The notes under the pieces are model-generated. The model searched no databases and was not told where the DNA came from. It was given only the letters and a program-made list of their open reading frames with translations. Position numbers and translations under genes: made by a program. 64,000 bases of DNA from a phage: the sequence record OZ346222.1. One strand, 5' to 3'. Positions 38,754-47,355 of this stretch are shown in pieces. The stretch's first letter is position 1, and the number at the start of each line of letters is the position of its first letter.

Positions 38754-39107
38754 GATGAGTACCAACTTCAAGTGCCTGACACACCGAAGTATAAGACTGT
38801 GTACACCTTCGACACAATTGAAGAACTGGAAGCATTTAAGGCAGAGCAGGAAGCCAAACTTCATGTGTTCGACGGTCATAAGTACAAAAAGGCACGCAAG
38901 GATGAGGACGGAAACGAAGTGGTTGACAGAGACGGAAACACGGTGTACGATCCTATCCTGAACGATGACGGAAAGCTTGAACTTATCTGGAGCCCTGTGG
39001 GTGAAATGGTGGTACATTGCTTCTGGCAAGCTTCTAAAATGATGGGAGTCCCGTTCCAGATCACAGGTGAATACTTGTGTGGTCGTAATTGGGGTGATTG
39101 TCACTAA
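38754..39107 (+). CDS. DNA polymerase, family A: exon 2 (motif C aspartate through C-terminus)
   Basis: Frame of track ORF 38751..39107 read from codon 2: DEYQLQV... ending ...GVPFQITGEYLCGRNWGDCH, resembling the Pol I C-terminus (...VPLLVEVGSGENWDQAH); no RBS or ATG of its own. Confidence 0.5.
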   Translation, partial: DEYQLQVPDTPKYKTVYTFDTIEELEAFKAEQEAKLHVFDGHKYKKARKDEDGNEVVDRDGNTVYDPILNDDGKLELIWSPVGEMVVHCFWQASKMMGVPFQITGEYLCGRNWGDCH

Positions 39108-39156
39108 TGTAAACTATCAACACATGGAAGTGTTGTTGAGCAAAGAGGAGACTTTT

Positions 39157-39441
39157 ATGGTAGTAGAACCAACAAAAACATTTACATCCATGACTATCCC
39201 TGTTATTATGCAGGTGGAGTGTGTTCAGGTATCTCAAGTGTGGCCTGGCACCAAAATCCCAACAGGGCCTGATTTCTTTCAGGTTGGGAAAGTGTACAAT
39301 GTCTGGAAGGCACCAGATTGTTACCCTTTCATTAAAGATGACCGTGGGATGCTGTGGTATCTTGGAAATGACTTGACACTGCACCTTGGGAATGCTATTA
39401 TTGCAGTATTCAGACTTAACAAGAAGGAGACCGATCAATGA
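39157..39441 (+). CDS. small hypothetical protein (small-protein family member)
   Basis: Start at ATG with AAAGAGGAG upstream; Gly/aromatic-rich. Confidence 0.45.
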   Translation: MVVEPTKTFTSMTIPVIMQVECVQVSQVWPGTKIPTGPDFFQVGKVYNVWKAPDCYPFIKDDRGMLWYLGNDLTLHLGNAIIAVFRLNKKETDQ

Positions 39442-39665
39442 CGACTTTGGTTAAAGCCACCTTTGTAGAAGAAAAGATGACAGACATGTCATTCTTTAAA
39501 GAAGGAAAGACCTACGAGGTTTATTACGATAAAGCTCGTGCAAACAAAATGATTAAAGACGAGGAAGGGGTTGACTGGTATATCTCTCACCTGGCAAACG
39601 GTGAGTATCATATCTACGGAACCACTTTGCTTGCCAAGTTTGTAGTTGTTGAAGAGGACCTATGA
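39438..39665 (+). CDS. small hypothetical protein (small-protein family member)
   Basis: 75 aa; RBS AAGGAGA; ATGA overlap with upstream gene. Confidence 0.5.
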   Translation: MTTLVKATFVEEKMTDMSFFKEGKTYEVYYDKARANKMIKDEEGVDWYISHLANGEYHIYGTTLLAKFVVVEEDL

Positions 39666-39856
39666 AAGTAAAGTATCTTGCTGAAGGTATGAATAGGTAT
39701 TTTACCCTTGGTGAAGAATATTGGCCCTTTACAAACAACGGCGATGTCTACGTGAAAGATAATTTCGGCACGCCGTGGTTTCTGCACTCTAATGGGCTGG
39801 GATACTCCATTTACTGCGGTGCAGTGAACAACACAACTCTTGCAGAGTTCGTTTAG
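39662..39856 (+). CDS. small hypothetical protein (small-protein family member)
   Basis: 64 aa; RBS GAAGAGGA; ATGA overlap. Confidence 0.5.
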   Translation: MKVKYLAEGMNRYFTLGEEYWPFTNNGDVYVKDNFGTPWFLHSNGLGYSIYCGAVNNTTLAEFV

Positions 39857-39866
39857 AGGAGGTAGG

Positions 39867-40238
39867 ATGTTAGTAAAAGGTACCCACACAGTCAAACAAC
39901 GTATTGAAGTTGAGATTGATGATTGTGAGCTGAAGCATATTTTACGGTCATGCTCCAACGTTTTGCTCCTTAGTATTCTTCAGGAGCGAGCGGAGAACGA
40001 GTTCTTAAATGCATTGGCAGGCCGTCCCGGTGACTTCTGTGTGCGTAAGCGTGGTGACAACAAGTCGTGGTTGTGGGAGATCGATGCCGACTGGGATTAC
40101 CACAAAAATGAGGGTATAGATGAGCCTATTCGTGAACTGACGGACAAAGAGATTCAGATGTACAATGAAGTTTGTCATTGGGCAACACGCCAACAAATTT
40201 ACCTAGACCCTGTGTGGCTGATTGAAAATAGTCGTTGA
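39867..40238 (+). CDS. hypothetical protein
   Basis: Start at ATG with AGAGGAGG upstream (track ORF from 39840). Confidence 0.5.
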   Translation: MLVKGTHTVKQRIEVEIDDCELKHILRSCSNVLLLSILQERAENEFLNALAGRPGDFCVRKRGDNKSWLWEIDADWDYHKNEGIDEPIRELTDKEIQMYNEVCHWATRQQIYLDPVWLIENSR

Positions 40239-40263
40239 CAAGAAGTAAGGTTAGATGTAAGAT
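40235..40263 (+). promoter_or_regulatory. sigma70-type promoter
   Basis: TTGACA-17 nt-TAAGAT about 50 nt upstream of the 40315 gene. Confidence 0.45.
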
Positions 40264-40314
40264 ACTCCTCACAAACAGAGTATTGATTGTTAAATAATTA
40301 AGGAGACCTCTAAG

Positions 40315-40569
40315 ATGAAAATCATGTTGAAACCAGAATGCGTTGCAAACGACCGAGCTTTTAAAGATTGCACACTTGGCGCTACTTATGAAGCAGAGTT
40401 TTGTGAGAACCCTTTGGTAAAAGCCCTTTTGGAAGAAGGGGCCCCTCTATCACAAGAAGAGCTTGATGAGCTGGAAAACTCAGCACAGTGCCTTACCTTT
40501 AAAGATGATGAAGGAGACTCTGTCTGGTGCACTGTTAACGAAGTAGTTTTTGTAAAAACTGAACATTAA
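40315..40569 (+). CDS. small hypothetical acidic protein
   Basis: 84 aa; RBS TAAGGAGA. Confidence 0.5.
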   Translation: MKIMLKPECVANDRAFKDCTLGATYEAEFCENPLVKALLEEGAPLSQEELDELENSAQCLTFKDDEGDSVWCTVNEVVFVKTEH

Positions 40570-40573
40570 TACT

Positions 40574-40602
40574 TGACAACAGCGATAGGACCTAATACAA
40601 TG
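40574..40602 (+). promoter_or_regulatory. sigma70-type promoter overlapping an inverted repeat
   Basis: TTGACA-17 nt-TACAAT; AGGACC...GGTCCT inverted repeat overlaps the -10 element. Confidence 0.45.
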
Positions 40603-40632
40603 GTCCTATCAAAACGAAAGGGGACCACAGCA

Positions 40633-40893
40633 ATGACCAAACAATATCAACGAATTAAAGCCAAGGTTAAGCCAGACTATCTAGAGAAGGACTCTGCTTT
40701 TCGGGACTGCACAGCTGACAAAGTTTACACAGGGGCCGTCCTGTTGAACGATAAACTTGAAGTAGATGTGCTGGGTAAAGAGGCCGTTATCGAGGATGAC
40801 AACGGTGACTGTGTTTTCTGCACCACACGAGAGCTAGAAGTCTTAGAATATTTCGGTGAAATCTTCAACTCCTTAGACGACGAGGAAGCGTGA
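40633..40893 (+). CDS. small hypothetical protein
   Basis: Start at ATG after AAAGGGGA (track ORF from 40573 would include the promoter). Confidence 0.5.
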   Translation: MTKQYQRIKAKVKPDYLEKDSAFRDCTADKVYTGAVLLNDKLEVDVLGKEAVIEDDNGDCVFCTTRELEVLEYFGEIFNSLDDEEA

Positions 40894-41282
40894 TGAAAAA
40901 TATTTGGGATATCGATATCTTTGAAGCCTCTAAGCTTGACGGTGCTGATGGAGTGATTATGGTGTCTGATGGCAAGGCAACACTAACTTCCGGAGATATC
41001 ATCTATGCCTTGGACGAGCTGGCGCTTCTGAAATCTACCGGTAACACTTTGGAGGAGCGTCTTCAAGGATTCGCTTTCAAAGAAGGTACAAATACAGCCA
41101 TGATGTGCACCACACGGACAGTCCAGGTTGGTAACGGTGTCTATATGATTATTGCTGTGTGTCCTAAATTCAGCAACGTCAACAAAGATGATGCTGACGC
41201 GGTCAACGATGTGGTTGTTCTCTTCGTGGGTGACGCTATGGCAGATCTGATGAATGCAGGAGAAGCAGCAAATGAAGACTGA
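40890..41282 (+). CDS. hypothetical protein
   Basis: 130 aa; ATGA overlap with upstream gene. Confidence 0.5.
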   Translation: MMKNIWDIDIFEASKLDGADGVIMVSDGKATLTSGDIIYALDELALLKSTGNTLEERLQGFAFKEGTNTAMMCTTRTVQVGNGVYMIIAVCPKFSNVNKDDADAVNDVVVLFVGDAMADLMNAGEAANED

Positions 41283-41574
41283 AAACATCACCCCAGCAGG
41301 GTTCTTAAAAGTATACCGTGAACTGCTATATACTACAGAGGACAGTGTTCTAGAGTATCCAGAATATCTTTTGCTGTATAAGTATCTGCAGGAGGCTGGT
41401 GAAAATCTGCCAGTTAGTGCAGAAGGTGGTCCAAACTGGATATACAGCGCATGGAGAAAGGTTGACATTCTCCCAAACCCAGGTAAAGATATGGTAGTTT
41501 GGCAGCTTATCAACAACATCGGGATTCCAATCTTTGATGAAGCTGTTAAAATCTATTTTGAACTTGACGATTAA
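41272..41574 (+). CDS. hypothetical protein
   Basis: Start at ATG with AGGAGAAG upstream. Confidence 0.5.
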   Translation: MKTENITPAGFLKVYRELLYTTEDSVLEYPEYLLLYKYLQEAGENLPVSAEGGPNWIYSAWRKVDILPNPGKDMVVWQLINNIGIPIFDEAVKIYFELDD

Positions 41575-41591
41575 TATCAGGAGACCTTAAG

Positions 41592-41837
41592 ATGACTGAA
41601 GCAGTTGCTCGCGCAGGACAGAAAGTACGTTGTGTTGAAGTAGGTTTTGGTGGCAAAGGGTGTCAAAACTTGACTCAAGGCAAGGAATATGCTGTTATCT
41701 CTGGTGGTGGCGACGAAAGTATTGTGTTCGAGGGTCACATCCTGGATGCTGAAAACTTTGAAATCTTTGACGACGATGGGGATCCGATCACCTGCCTGCT
41801 GGACGGGAATTGGGGAACTTTCGAAGTGATTGGCTAA
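41592..41837 (+). CDS. small hypothetical protein
   Basis: 81 aa; RBS AGGAGA; Gly-rich. Confidence 0.5.
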   Translation: MTEAVARAGQKVRCVEVGFGGKGCQNLTQGKEYAVISGGGDESIVFEGHILDAENFEIFDDDGDPITCLLDGNWGTFEVIG

Positions 41838-41920
41838 CAAATACCTATTGTAATTTACAGAAGGGGATGCTAAAATAGTGTCTCCTTCTATGTTGTTCAA
41901 ATAAAATCGGAGATTCCATA

Positions 41921-42289
41921 ATGGAACAAATGAACGATCAAGAGTCGGTTGCGATGAACGAGCAAGAACAACCTCAAGAATTTTTCTTAGGGTTAAGTAA
42001 AGATCAAGTGTCTCTTTTGCTAGTGCTTTCTTCTTTCATGGGAAGACTTCAGGAGCTCACACAACAACCGGAGGCTGAACAATTATTTCAGGCTCTGCGT
42101 GAAGAAGAAAAATATCGTCGTTTGGACTATGCCTTAGGTTGGGTAGCTCAACAACGAGATATGCTGATGGCCCTCTCTGGGACCACAAGTTTTGCAATGG
42201 GCCTGTTGGCTCAAGTTCAGGACAAATTAATTCAAGCAGGGTTTGCACACACGGCAAACACTAACGAAGAACAAGGAGACAAAGAATGA
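41921..42289 (+). CDS. hypothetical protein
   Basis: 122 aa; RBS GGAG; possible TTGTAA-17-TAAAAT promoter about 40 nt upstream. Confidence 0.5.
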   Translation: MEQMNDQESVAMNEQEQPQEFFLGLSKDQVSLLLVLSSFMGRLQELTQQPEAEQLFQALREEEKYRRLDYALGWVAQQRDMLMALSGTTSFAMGLLAQVQDKLIQAGFAHTANTNEEQGDKE

Positions 42290-43500
42290 GCGTTATTCAA
42301 CAATTCGCTAACCCGATGAATCCGCGTGAAACTGTTTTACTGGCTCACGGCATGATTAAACGCGTCAGCATCAAGCCTATCAAAGGTGCTGATCCTACAA
42401 CAGGTATTAAAACCACTGTGTGGCAAGGTAAGAAAATTGAATCCAGCCACACCATCTCTTTACTGATTTCTGAACTGGATTCCTCTGATAACCTACTTCA
42501 AGGTGGTGAAGAAGTTTGGATCAGTATGGGCGATAAGCTGCTTAAACCGGGTCATCAAGACTCTGTCTCTGTTAAAATTGATGACAAGTGGGAAACCGTA
42601 ACGCCAGGATGGATCGTAAATATTCCTTTGAAGGCAAACGAGCATAACGGTAAGACCTATTACAAAGGCTCACTGGCTAAGATGGTTAAGCTGGGTGTAG
42701 GAGAGGCTCCAGCAGCGACTCAGCAGCAAAAACAGCAACAAGGTGTACAATCACAAGGCCAGAAGCAGAATGCCAATCAGGACGTTTTACGCATCTATGG
42801 CGATGTGACTCAGATTGTTGGCAACGTGGTTACTGTCAATGACCACAAGATTGGCGAAGGTGCTATGGTTGTCACCGATGAGCAGCTTAAAGATCTGGTG
42901 GTAGGTGGTCGTGTTGCAGCCATTGTTGACAAAGACACCGGAAACATTATCAGTGGTTTCAAAGCCTACCCCCCTAAGGCAGAGAACGGCACTCAAGGCT
43001 CCGGTGGCAAGCGTAAATCCTCTTACGACCCTATCGGTGTGGAAACGGGGCATAGCATCAATGCGTTGCAGATCATCCTGGATCGCGGGTTTAAGGTAGA
43101 CGACCCACTGGGCGTGGCTAAAACACTGCACGTAGTCACCATTGAGCTTAAGAAAGAGTATGCTCAGGCCACCAACCGAACTGAAGATGAAGTAGGTGCC
43201 AGTGTCGGTAATGCGGTGTTGAACGCTTGTCGCCGTATTGACAAGAAAACGAAAGTTGATGATTTTGCAGCGGCAATTACTGCAGAAGCAAAAGATGTCT
43301 TGACTAATCTGGCTGAGCCGTTGTACGATTGGATCAAGAACGGTGCTGGGTCAACTGACCATCAAGAACCTCAGGCTACCAAACAGGAAGCAGCTCCACA
43401 GCAAAACACTGTAGACGCTCCTCCTGTAAATGATGAGGAAGATGACCCAATGGATCAGAATCCAGCACAGTACTCCTTTGATGATGACATCCCTTTTTAA
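42286..43500 (+). CDS. ssb: single-stranded DNA-binding protein
   Basis: 404 aa; Gln/Gly-rich flexible central linker; C-terminus ...QYSFDDDIPF identical in its last six residues to the conserved acidic tip of E. coli SSB (DDDIPF); RBS AAGGAGA. Confidence 0.6.
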   Translation: MSVIQQFANPMNPRETVLLAHGMIKRVSIKPIKGADPTTGIKTTVWQGKKIESSHTISLLISELDSSDNLLQGGEEVWISMGDKLLKPGHQDSVSVKIDDKWETVTPGWIVNIPLKANEHNGKTYYKGSLAKMVKLGVGEAPAATQQQKQQQGVQSQGQKQNANQDVLRIYGDVTQIVGNVVTVNDHKIGEGAMVVTDEQLKDLVVGGRVAAIVDKDTGNIISGFKAYPPKAENGTQGSGGKRKSSYDPIGVETGHSINALQIILDRGFKVDDPLGVAKTLHVVTIELKKEYAQATNRTEDEVGASVGNAVLNACRRIDKKTKVDDFAAAITAEAKDVLTNLAEPLYDWIKNGAGSTDHQEPQATKQEAAPQQNTVDAPPVNDEEDDPMDQNPAQYSFDDDIPF

Positions 43501-43510
43501 CAATTAGTTA

Positions 43511-43545
43511 ACATAGCCCTGCCCGAAAGGGTGGGGCATTTTTAT
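43511..43545 (+). terminator. rho-independent terminator (copy 2 of duplicated terminator sequence)
   Basis: GCCCTGCCC-GAAA-GGGTGGGGC hairpin plus ATTTTTAT; same hairpin as at about 33117. Confidence 0.55.
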
Positions 43546-43562
43546 ATAAGGAGATCTGAAAA

Positions 43563-43979
43563 ATGACATTAGAAGATATCATTGTTAAACCTGAGAACTA
43601 TGACCAATACAACCTGTCAACTCAATCTGTAGACCTTGGATGCGCCACGGTCAGTGCGTGGCCGGTTAACGGAAAAGAGCTAGATAAATGCTTAGAAGCT
43701 CACATGTCTATTAACAAGTTTCTGGATGAAAATACTCACTGGCTTGAGGGTGCAGGAGTATATGCTTCATGGTTGGAGAGTATGGGATTCGACTACCAAT
43801 CTGAAGAAGGGTGGTGGAGCTATTTAGCTATCTGTCCAGAGACGCTACAATGCTTCATGAAATACTCTGAAGATTTAGAGTACCGGGCGGTGGTTGATAG
43901 TGCTATTGCCCGTTATAGCCGTAAACCTTTTTCCCACGACATTAAAACTGTGGAAGAGTTTGTTGAAGTTTTCTGTTGA
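43563..43979 (+). CDS. hypothetical protein
   Basis: 138 aa; RBS TAAGGAGA. Confidence 0.5.
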   Translation: MTLEDIIVKPENYDQYNLSTQSVDLGCATVSAWPVNGKELDKCLEAHMSINKFLDENTHWLEGAGVYASWLESMGFDYQSEEGWWSYLAICPETLQCFMKYSEDLEYRAVVDSAIARYSRKPFSHDIKTVEEFVEVFC

Positions 43980-44075
43980 CACAGGTTGAAAGGTGTGCAA
44001 TTATAACTTCATATGACTGGAGGACGTGATGAACGAAGAAAACTGGGATGTATAACTAACAGGAGGCCACTGCCC

Positions 44076-44273
44076 ATGATTTATCGAATCCGTGTAAGAG
44101 AAGATGCACCAGGCTGTTACTTTGACTGGCGTGGGTGGTGGTTTCTCCACCCAATGGATGGACTCACAGATAGAATGCTGGATGCTGCCCTTTATACAGA
44201 TACCGACATAGAGTATAATCTCTATCTGAAGGACGGTATAGATAACGGCCTGTTTGAAGCAATTCCTGTGTAA
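44076..44273 (+). CDS. small hypothetical protein
   Basis: Start at ATG after AGGAGG (track ORF from 44013); Trp/Arg-rich. Confidence 0.45.
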   Translation: MIYRIRVREDAPGCYFDWRGWWFLHPMDGLTDRMLDAALYTDTDIEYNLYLKDGIDNGLFEAIPV

Positions 44274-44341
44274 GAGACTGTGATAGCTATGTTTTATGAT
44301 CTTCCTGTAGCGCCACCACCTGTTGAACCCGGAGAACTAAG

Positions 44342-44767
44342 ATGATCTATGAAATGCCAAAACTGATTCGTGACGATGCCCAAAACGCTCACACCATTAT
44401 TATGGGCAAACGCATGGATATTATTTGTCATAAAGATTTCTGGGAAGGAAGTTACTTCACAGAGTATTTTGGTAAACTGGATAATGGTCTGCTGATCCAG
44501 TTCTACACCGATGCGGAAAACAACATTCCCTGGGAGTTCGAAACTGAAGATATTCATAAACTTTTCACCTTCCTCGATATTAAGGTTAAGGCCAAGTTTG
44601 AAGAGGGTGAGTGCGACGATTGTGGATTTTATGAGGTAACAGATTTCTATCTTCCAAGTGGTAAGAACCTTTACTATGAAAGCCACTTCGGTAACTCAAA
44701 TATGCCACAGTGCTGGACTGAGTTTTTTGAAATTGTGGAAGAGGAGCTGGCATATCGTGATTATTGA
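44342..44767 (+). CDS. hypothetical protein
   Basis: 141 aa; RBS GGAG. Confidence 0.5.
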   Translation: MIYEMPKLIRDDAQNAHTIIMGKRMDIICHKDFWEGSYFTEYFGKLDNGLLIQFYTDAENNIPWEFETEDIHKLFTFLDIKVKAKFEEGECDDCGFYEVTDFYLPSGKNLYYESHFGNSNMPQCWTEFFEIVEEELAYRDY

Positions 44768-45215
44768 TACTGTAGAGGGAGATTTAATCTCCCTTTTTAA
44801 GAGCGGTGCTGGTCACCTGATCCACGGTTGTAACTGCTTCCACACAATGGGTAAGGGTGTAGCAAAACAGATTGCCCGTGAGTTCCCTCAAGCATTGGAA
44901 GCTGATAAAATGACTATGCACGGTTGCCTAAGTAAACTGGGCGCGTTCTCCCGCTGGGAGCACTTATCTCCGAGAGGTATTGTCTACGGAATAAATCTGT
45001 ATACTCAGTTCTACCCAGGGCCTAATGCTGAATATTTCTCAATACTGAAAGGCTTTGAGCGAGTCAATGAAGTATTTGAGGGGTCGATTTTACCATTCTA
45101 CATCCCTAAGATCGGGTGCGGCATAGGTGGTTTGAAGTGGGAACATGTAGAGGACATTATTAACCTTGCCACTTTTGATATAGATATTATCGTGGTGGAG
45201 TACAAAGAGTGTTGA
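44757..45215 (+). CDS. macro-domain protein (ADP-ribose binding / ADP-ribosyl hydrolase-like)
   Basis: GTG start about 10 nt after GAGGAG (track ORF from 44658 overlaps upstream gene); motifs GHLIHGCNCFHTMGKGVAKQI and IPKIGCGIGGL resemble the macro-domain phosphate-binding loops (aligned by eye). Confidence 0.5.
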   Translation: MIIDTVEGDLISLFKSGAGHLIHGCNCFHTMGKGVAKQIAREFPQALEADKMTMHGCLSKLGAFSRWEHLSPRGIVYGINLYTQFYPGPNAEYFSILKGFERVNEVFEGSILPFYIPKIGCGIGGLKWEHVEDIINLATFDIDIIVVEYKEC

Positions 45216-45240
45216 CAGCTATATTTTAAGATGGTATAGT
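45212..45240 (+). promoter_or_regulatory. sigma70-type promoter
   Basis: TTGACA-17 nt-TATAGT upstream of the 45270 gene. Confidence 0.5.
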
Positions 45241-45269
45241 CGCCACAACGATTAAGACAGAGGAGCACT

Positions 45270-45464
45270 ATGGAGACTAAAATCTTAATTCTAGCTGTGA
45301 TAGATACAACAGAAGGAGCCATGTTTGAATCTGCAGGAGGGTATTTCTACCTGCCCTATGGAAAAAGAACTTCCGAGCCGAGTAAAGATTCAATCCTTAA
45401 AGTGTTCCCGTGTGCTTTCTGGCTGGAGATCTTGGTAGAAGATTGCAGAGGACTAGGGAGATAA
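45270..45464 (+). CDS. small hypothetical protein
   Basis: 64 aa; RBS AGAGGAG. Confidence 0.5.
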   Translation: METKILILAVIDTTEGAMFESAGGYFYLPYGKRTSEPSKDSILKVFPCAFWLEILVEDCRGLGR

Positions 45465-45466
45465 TT

Positions 45467-45661
45467 ATGAGAAACAAGAAAGAGCTTTACTCTGGTGAGT
45501 GGATAAACGATCAACAGGTAGGAGAGGTAACCTGCTTCCGGTGCTTTACTAGGTACAATCTTAAAACTGCACCAAAAAGTGTTCCAAAGACTGACGGTTA
45601 TTACATAAAAGAACCTCATTGCCCAAAATGCAAATGCCGATTATACTGGAGTAACCTGTAA
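45467..45661 (+). CDS. small zinc-ribbon protein
   Basis: Start at ATG after AGGGAG; CFRCFTRY ... CPKCKC Cys pairs. Confidence 0.45.
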   Translation: MRNKKELYSGEWINDQQVGEVTCFRCFTRYNLKTAPKSVPKTDGYYIKEPHCPKCKCRLYWSNL

Positions 45662-45665
45662 AAGA

Positions 45666-45693
45666 TTGACATCTGAAAACTGCGGTGTATAAT
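45666..45693 (+). promoter_or_regulatory. near-consensus sigma70 promoter
   Basis: TTGACA-16 nt-TATAAT upstream of the 45725 gene. Confidence 0.55.
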
Positions 45694-45724
45694 ATAAACA
45701 TAAACTAGCAGAGAGTGATATATT

Positions 45725-45916
45725 ATGGTAATTTTTAATCGAGACGGTATCATAGTTAGACAGCACCCATTCCTTGAATACTATCAAATTGAGCAATGGT
45801 GCTACGGGGATTGCAGTCACTCCTATGGGCAAAGTTGGGGATATCGCACAGTTTTTGAATCAACAGATCTTGATAAGGTAAGACAGAAAGTTTTAGAACT
45901 TATTAACAACAAGTGA
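45725..45916 (+). CDS. small hypothetical protein
   Basis: 63-aa ORF downstream of consensus promoter. Confidence 0.45.
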   Translation: MVIFNRDGIIVRQHPFLEYYQIEQWCYGDCSHSYGQSWGYRTVFESTDLDKVRQKVLELINNK

Positions 45917-45923
45917 GTATGAT

Positions 45924-46259
45924 ATGGTAACATTAGAAAGACGTAAAGCTATCGCCGCCACACTGGCAGACATCTTTTGGGAGTGCAATTTAAAAGATAC
46001 CCGATATTGTGGCGCATCTGTAGATGCATTATTCCCACGGCCCACTATTGTTGCAATGGGAAACCTGTCAAACGTGGTGTATGGAGCATGGGACAAAGAA
46101 GGTGGATTTTATATCTGGCAACCTGACTACGGGACCTGGAAAGAGGTAAGGGGTGCGGATGACTTTGGGCCTGCAGTTGCCAAAACGATGGATGGCTGGA
46201 AAATCTATGTCGGTAACGACATGAAGCTGAAAGGCGAGATTGTTTACTGGTTACCTTAA
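45924..46259 (+). CDS. hypothetical protein
   Basis: 111-aa ORF. Confidence 0.5.
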   Translation: MVTLERRKAIAATLADIFWECNLKDTRYCGASVDALFPRPTIVAMGNLSNVVYGAWDKEGGFYIWQPDYGTWKEVRGADDFGPAVAKTMDGWKIYVGNDMKLKGEIVYWLP

Positions 46260-46280
46260 TAAAACGCAGGAGATAAAGTT

Positions 46281-46526
46281 ATGAACAAAGGGTGGACATT
46301 TGTAGACGGCGTTAAAAACATGCCTCTAGGAAAGTATATTGTAGCCATGGCAGATGAGAATGGCAAGGTGGATTTCGGAGTTTGCGAGGTTGTTCTTGCA
46401 GGATCTGGTGACTATGCTCACAAAACTGGGATAATTAACGGTCATTTCTACTTTGATTACAACCCTGTTGTGGCGTATATGGCTATGCCAGAGTTCGAGC
46501 TCCCAAAGGAGGGTGCGGATGTTTAA
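46281..46526 (+). CDS. small hypothetical protein
   Basis: 81 aa; RBS AGGAGA. Confidence 0.5.
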   Translation: MNKGWTFVDGVKNMPLGKYIVAMADENGKVDFGVCEVVLAGSGDYAHKTGIINGHFYFDYNPVVAYMAMPEFELPKEGADV

Positions 46527-46716
46527 GCTTAAATCTGCATGGAACATCGCTGTGGGGGACGAGATCCGCATCCCAGGTGGAAAGACCATTATGAAGATAT
46601 CTCGTATCGAGTACGAAGGTGATCGTGTATTTCATATCTTTGCAGAAGATGGTCGAGAAATTTATATACAGGCAGGCTCTCACATCTATATTCGTAAGAA
46701 AGGGGACGACAAATGA
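46519..46716 (+). CDS. small hypothetical protein
   Basis: Start at ATG with AAGGAGGG upstream; overlaps upstream gene end by 8 nt. Confidence 0.45.
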   Translation: MFKLKSAWNIAVGDEIRIPGGKTIMKISRIEYEGDRVFHIFAEDGREIYIQAGSHIYIRKKGDDK

Positions 46717-47042
46717 CAGAGATCATCATTTCAACTGCAGGGTATGTGTTCCTGACAATCATTGCACTGACCATTCTGGTGGTGGTATATGGAATTGTTA
46801 TTCTCCCTATTCTTGAGACAATTAGTTTGTGTCGGTGTTGGAGAAAGGCTTACGGTCCACAGCCGTGGAAGGACTGGCCCCACCTGGTGCACATAGCGTT
46901 CTCTTATGCTTATGATCACGCCAGCAGTGCATGCATAACCGGGTATCACGCCCACAACTGGAGCTGGGAAGGGTTGAGGAAATGGAATGTTACAAAGACC
47001 ATACCTCTGCGCATGTACAAACCTAAAAACAAAGACAGCTGA
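46713..47042 (+). CDS. membrane protein
   Basis: 109 aa; ATGA overlap; N-terminal hydrophobic span (YVFLTIIALTILVVVYGIVILPIL). Confidence 0.5.
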   Translation: MTEIIISTAGYVFLTIIALTILVVVYGIVILPILETISLCRCWRKAYGPQPWKDWPHLVHIAFSYAYDHASSACITGYHAHNWSWEGLRKWNVTKTIPLRMYKPKNKDS

Positions 47043-47355
47043 TACTTGAAAATCCCTGGCATATCAAGTGTAAGGAGGATTTCTAAAATGGATTTCCTCC
47101 TTTTGATATTTCACCGGGCCAGATATTTTAAAATTCTTAGAAAATCAGAAAATGGATCGAAAACTAAAATGGATTTTTCAAGACAGGCACGATAAGATGT
47201 GCTGCTCATTCTATCGTTCGCACCGTACTTTAAGTCACTATTCCAGATTTTTCCGCACATACTCTCACCCTTCTACCAGAACTTTCCCAGCTTACCTCTG
47301 ACCTTTTATAACAATAAGTCCATTATTATCAGAAAGTTTCGGCACATCTCTTTCG

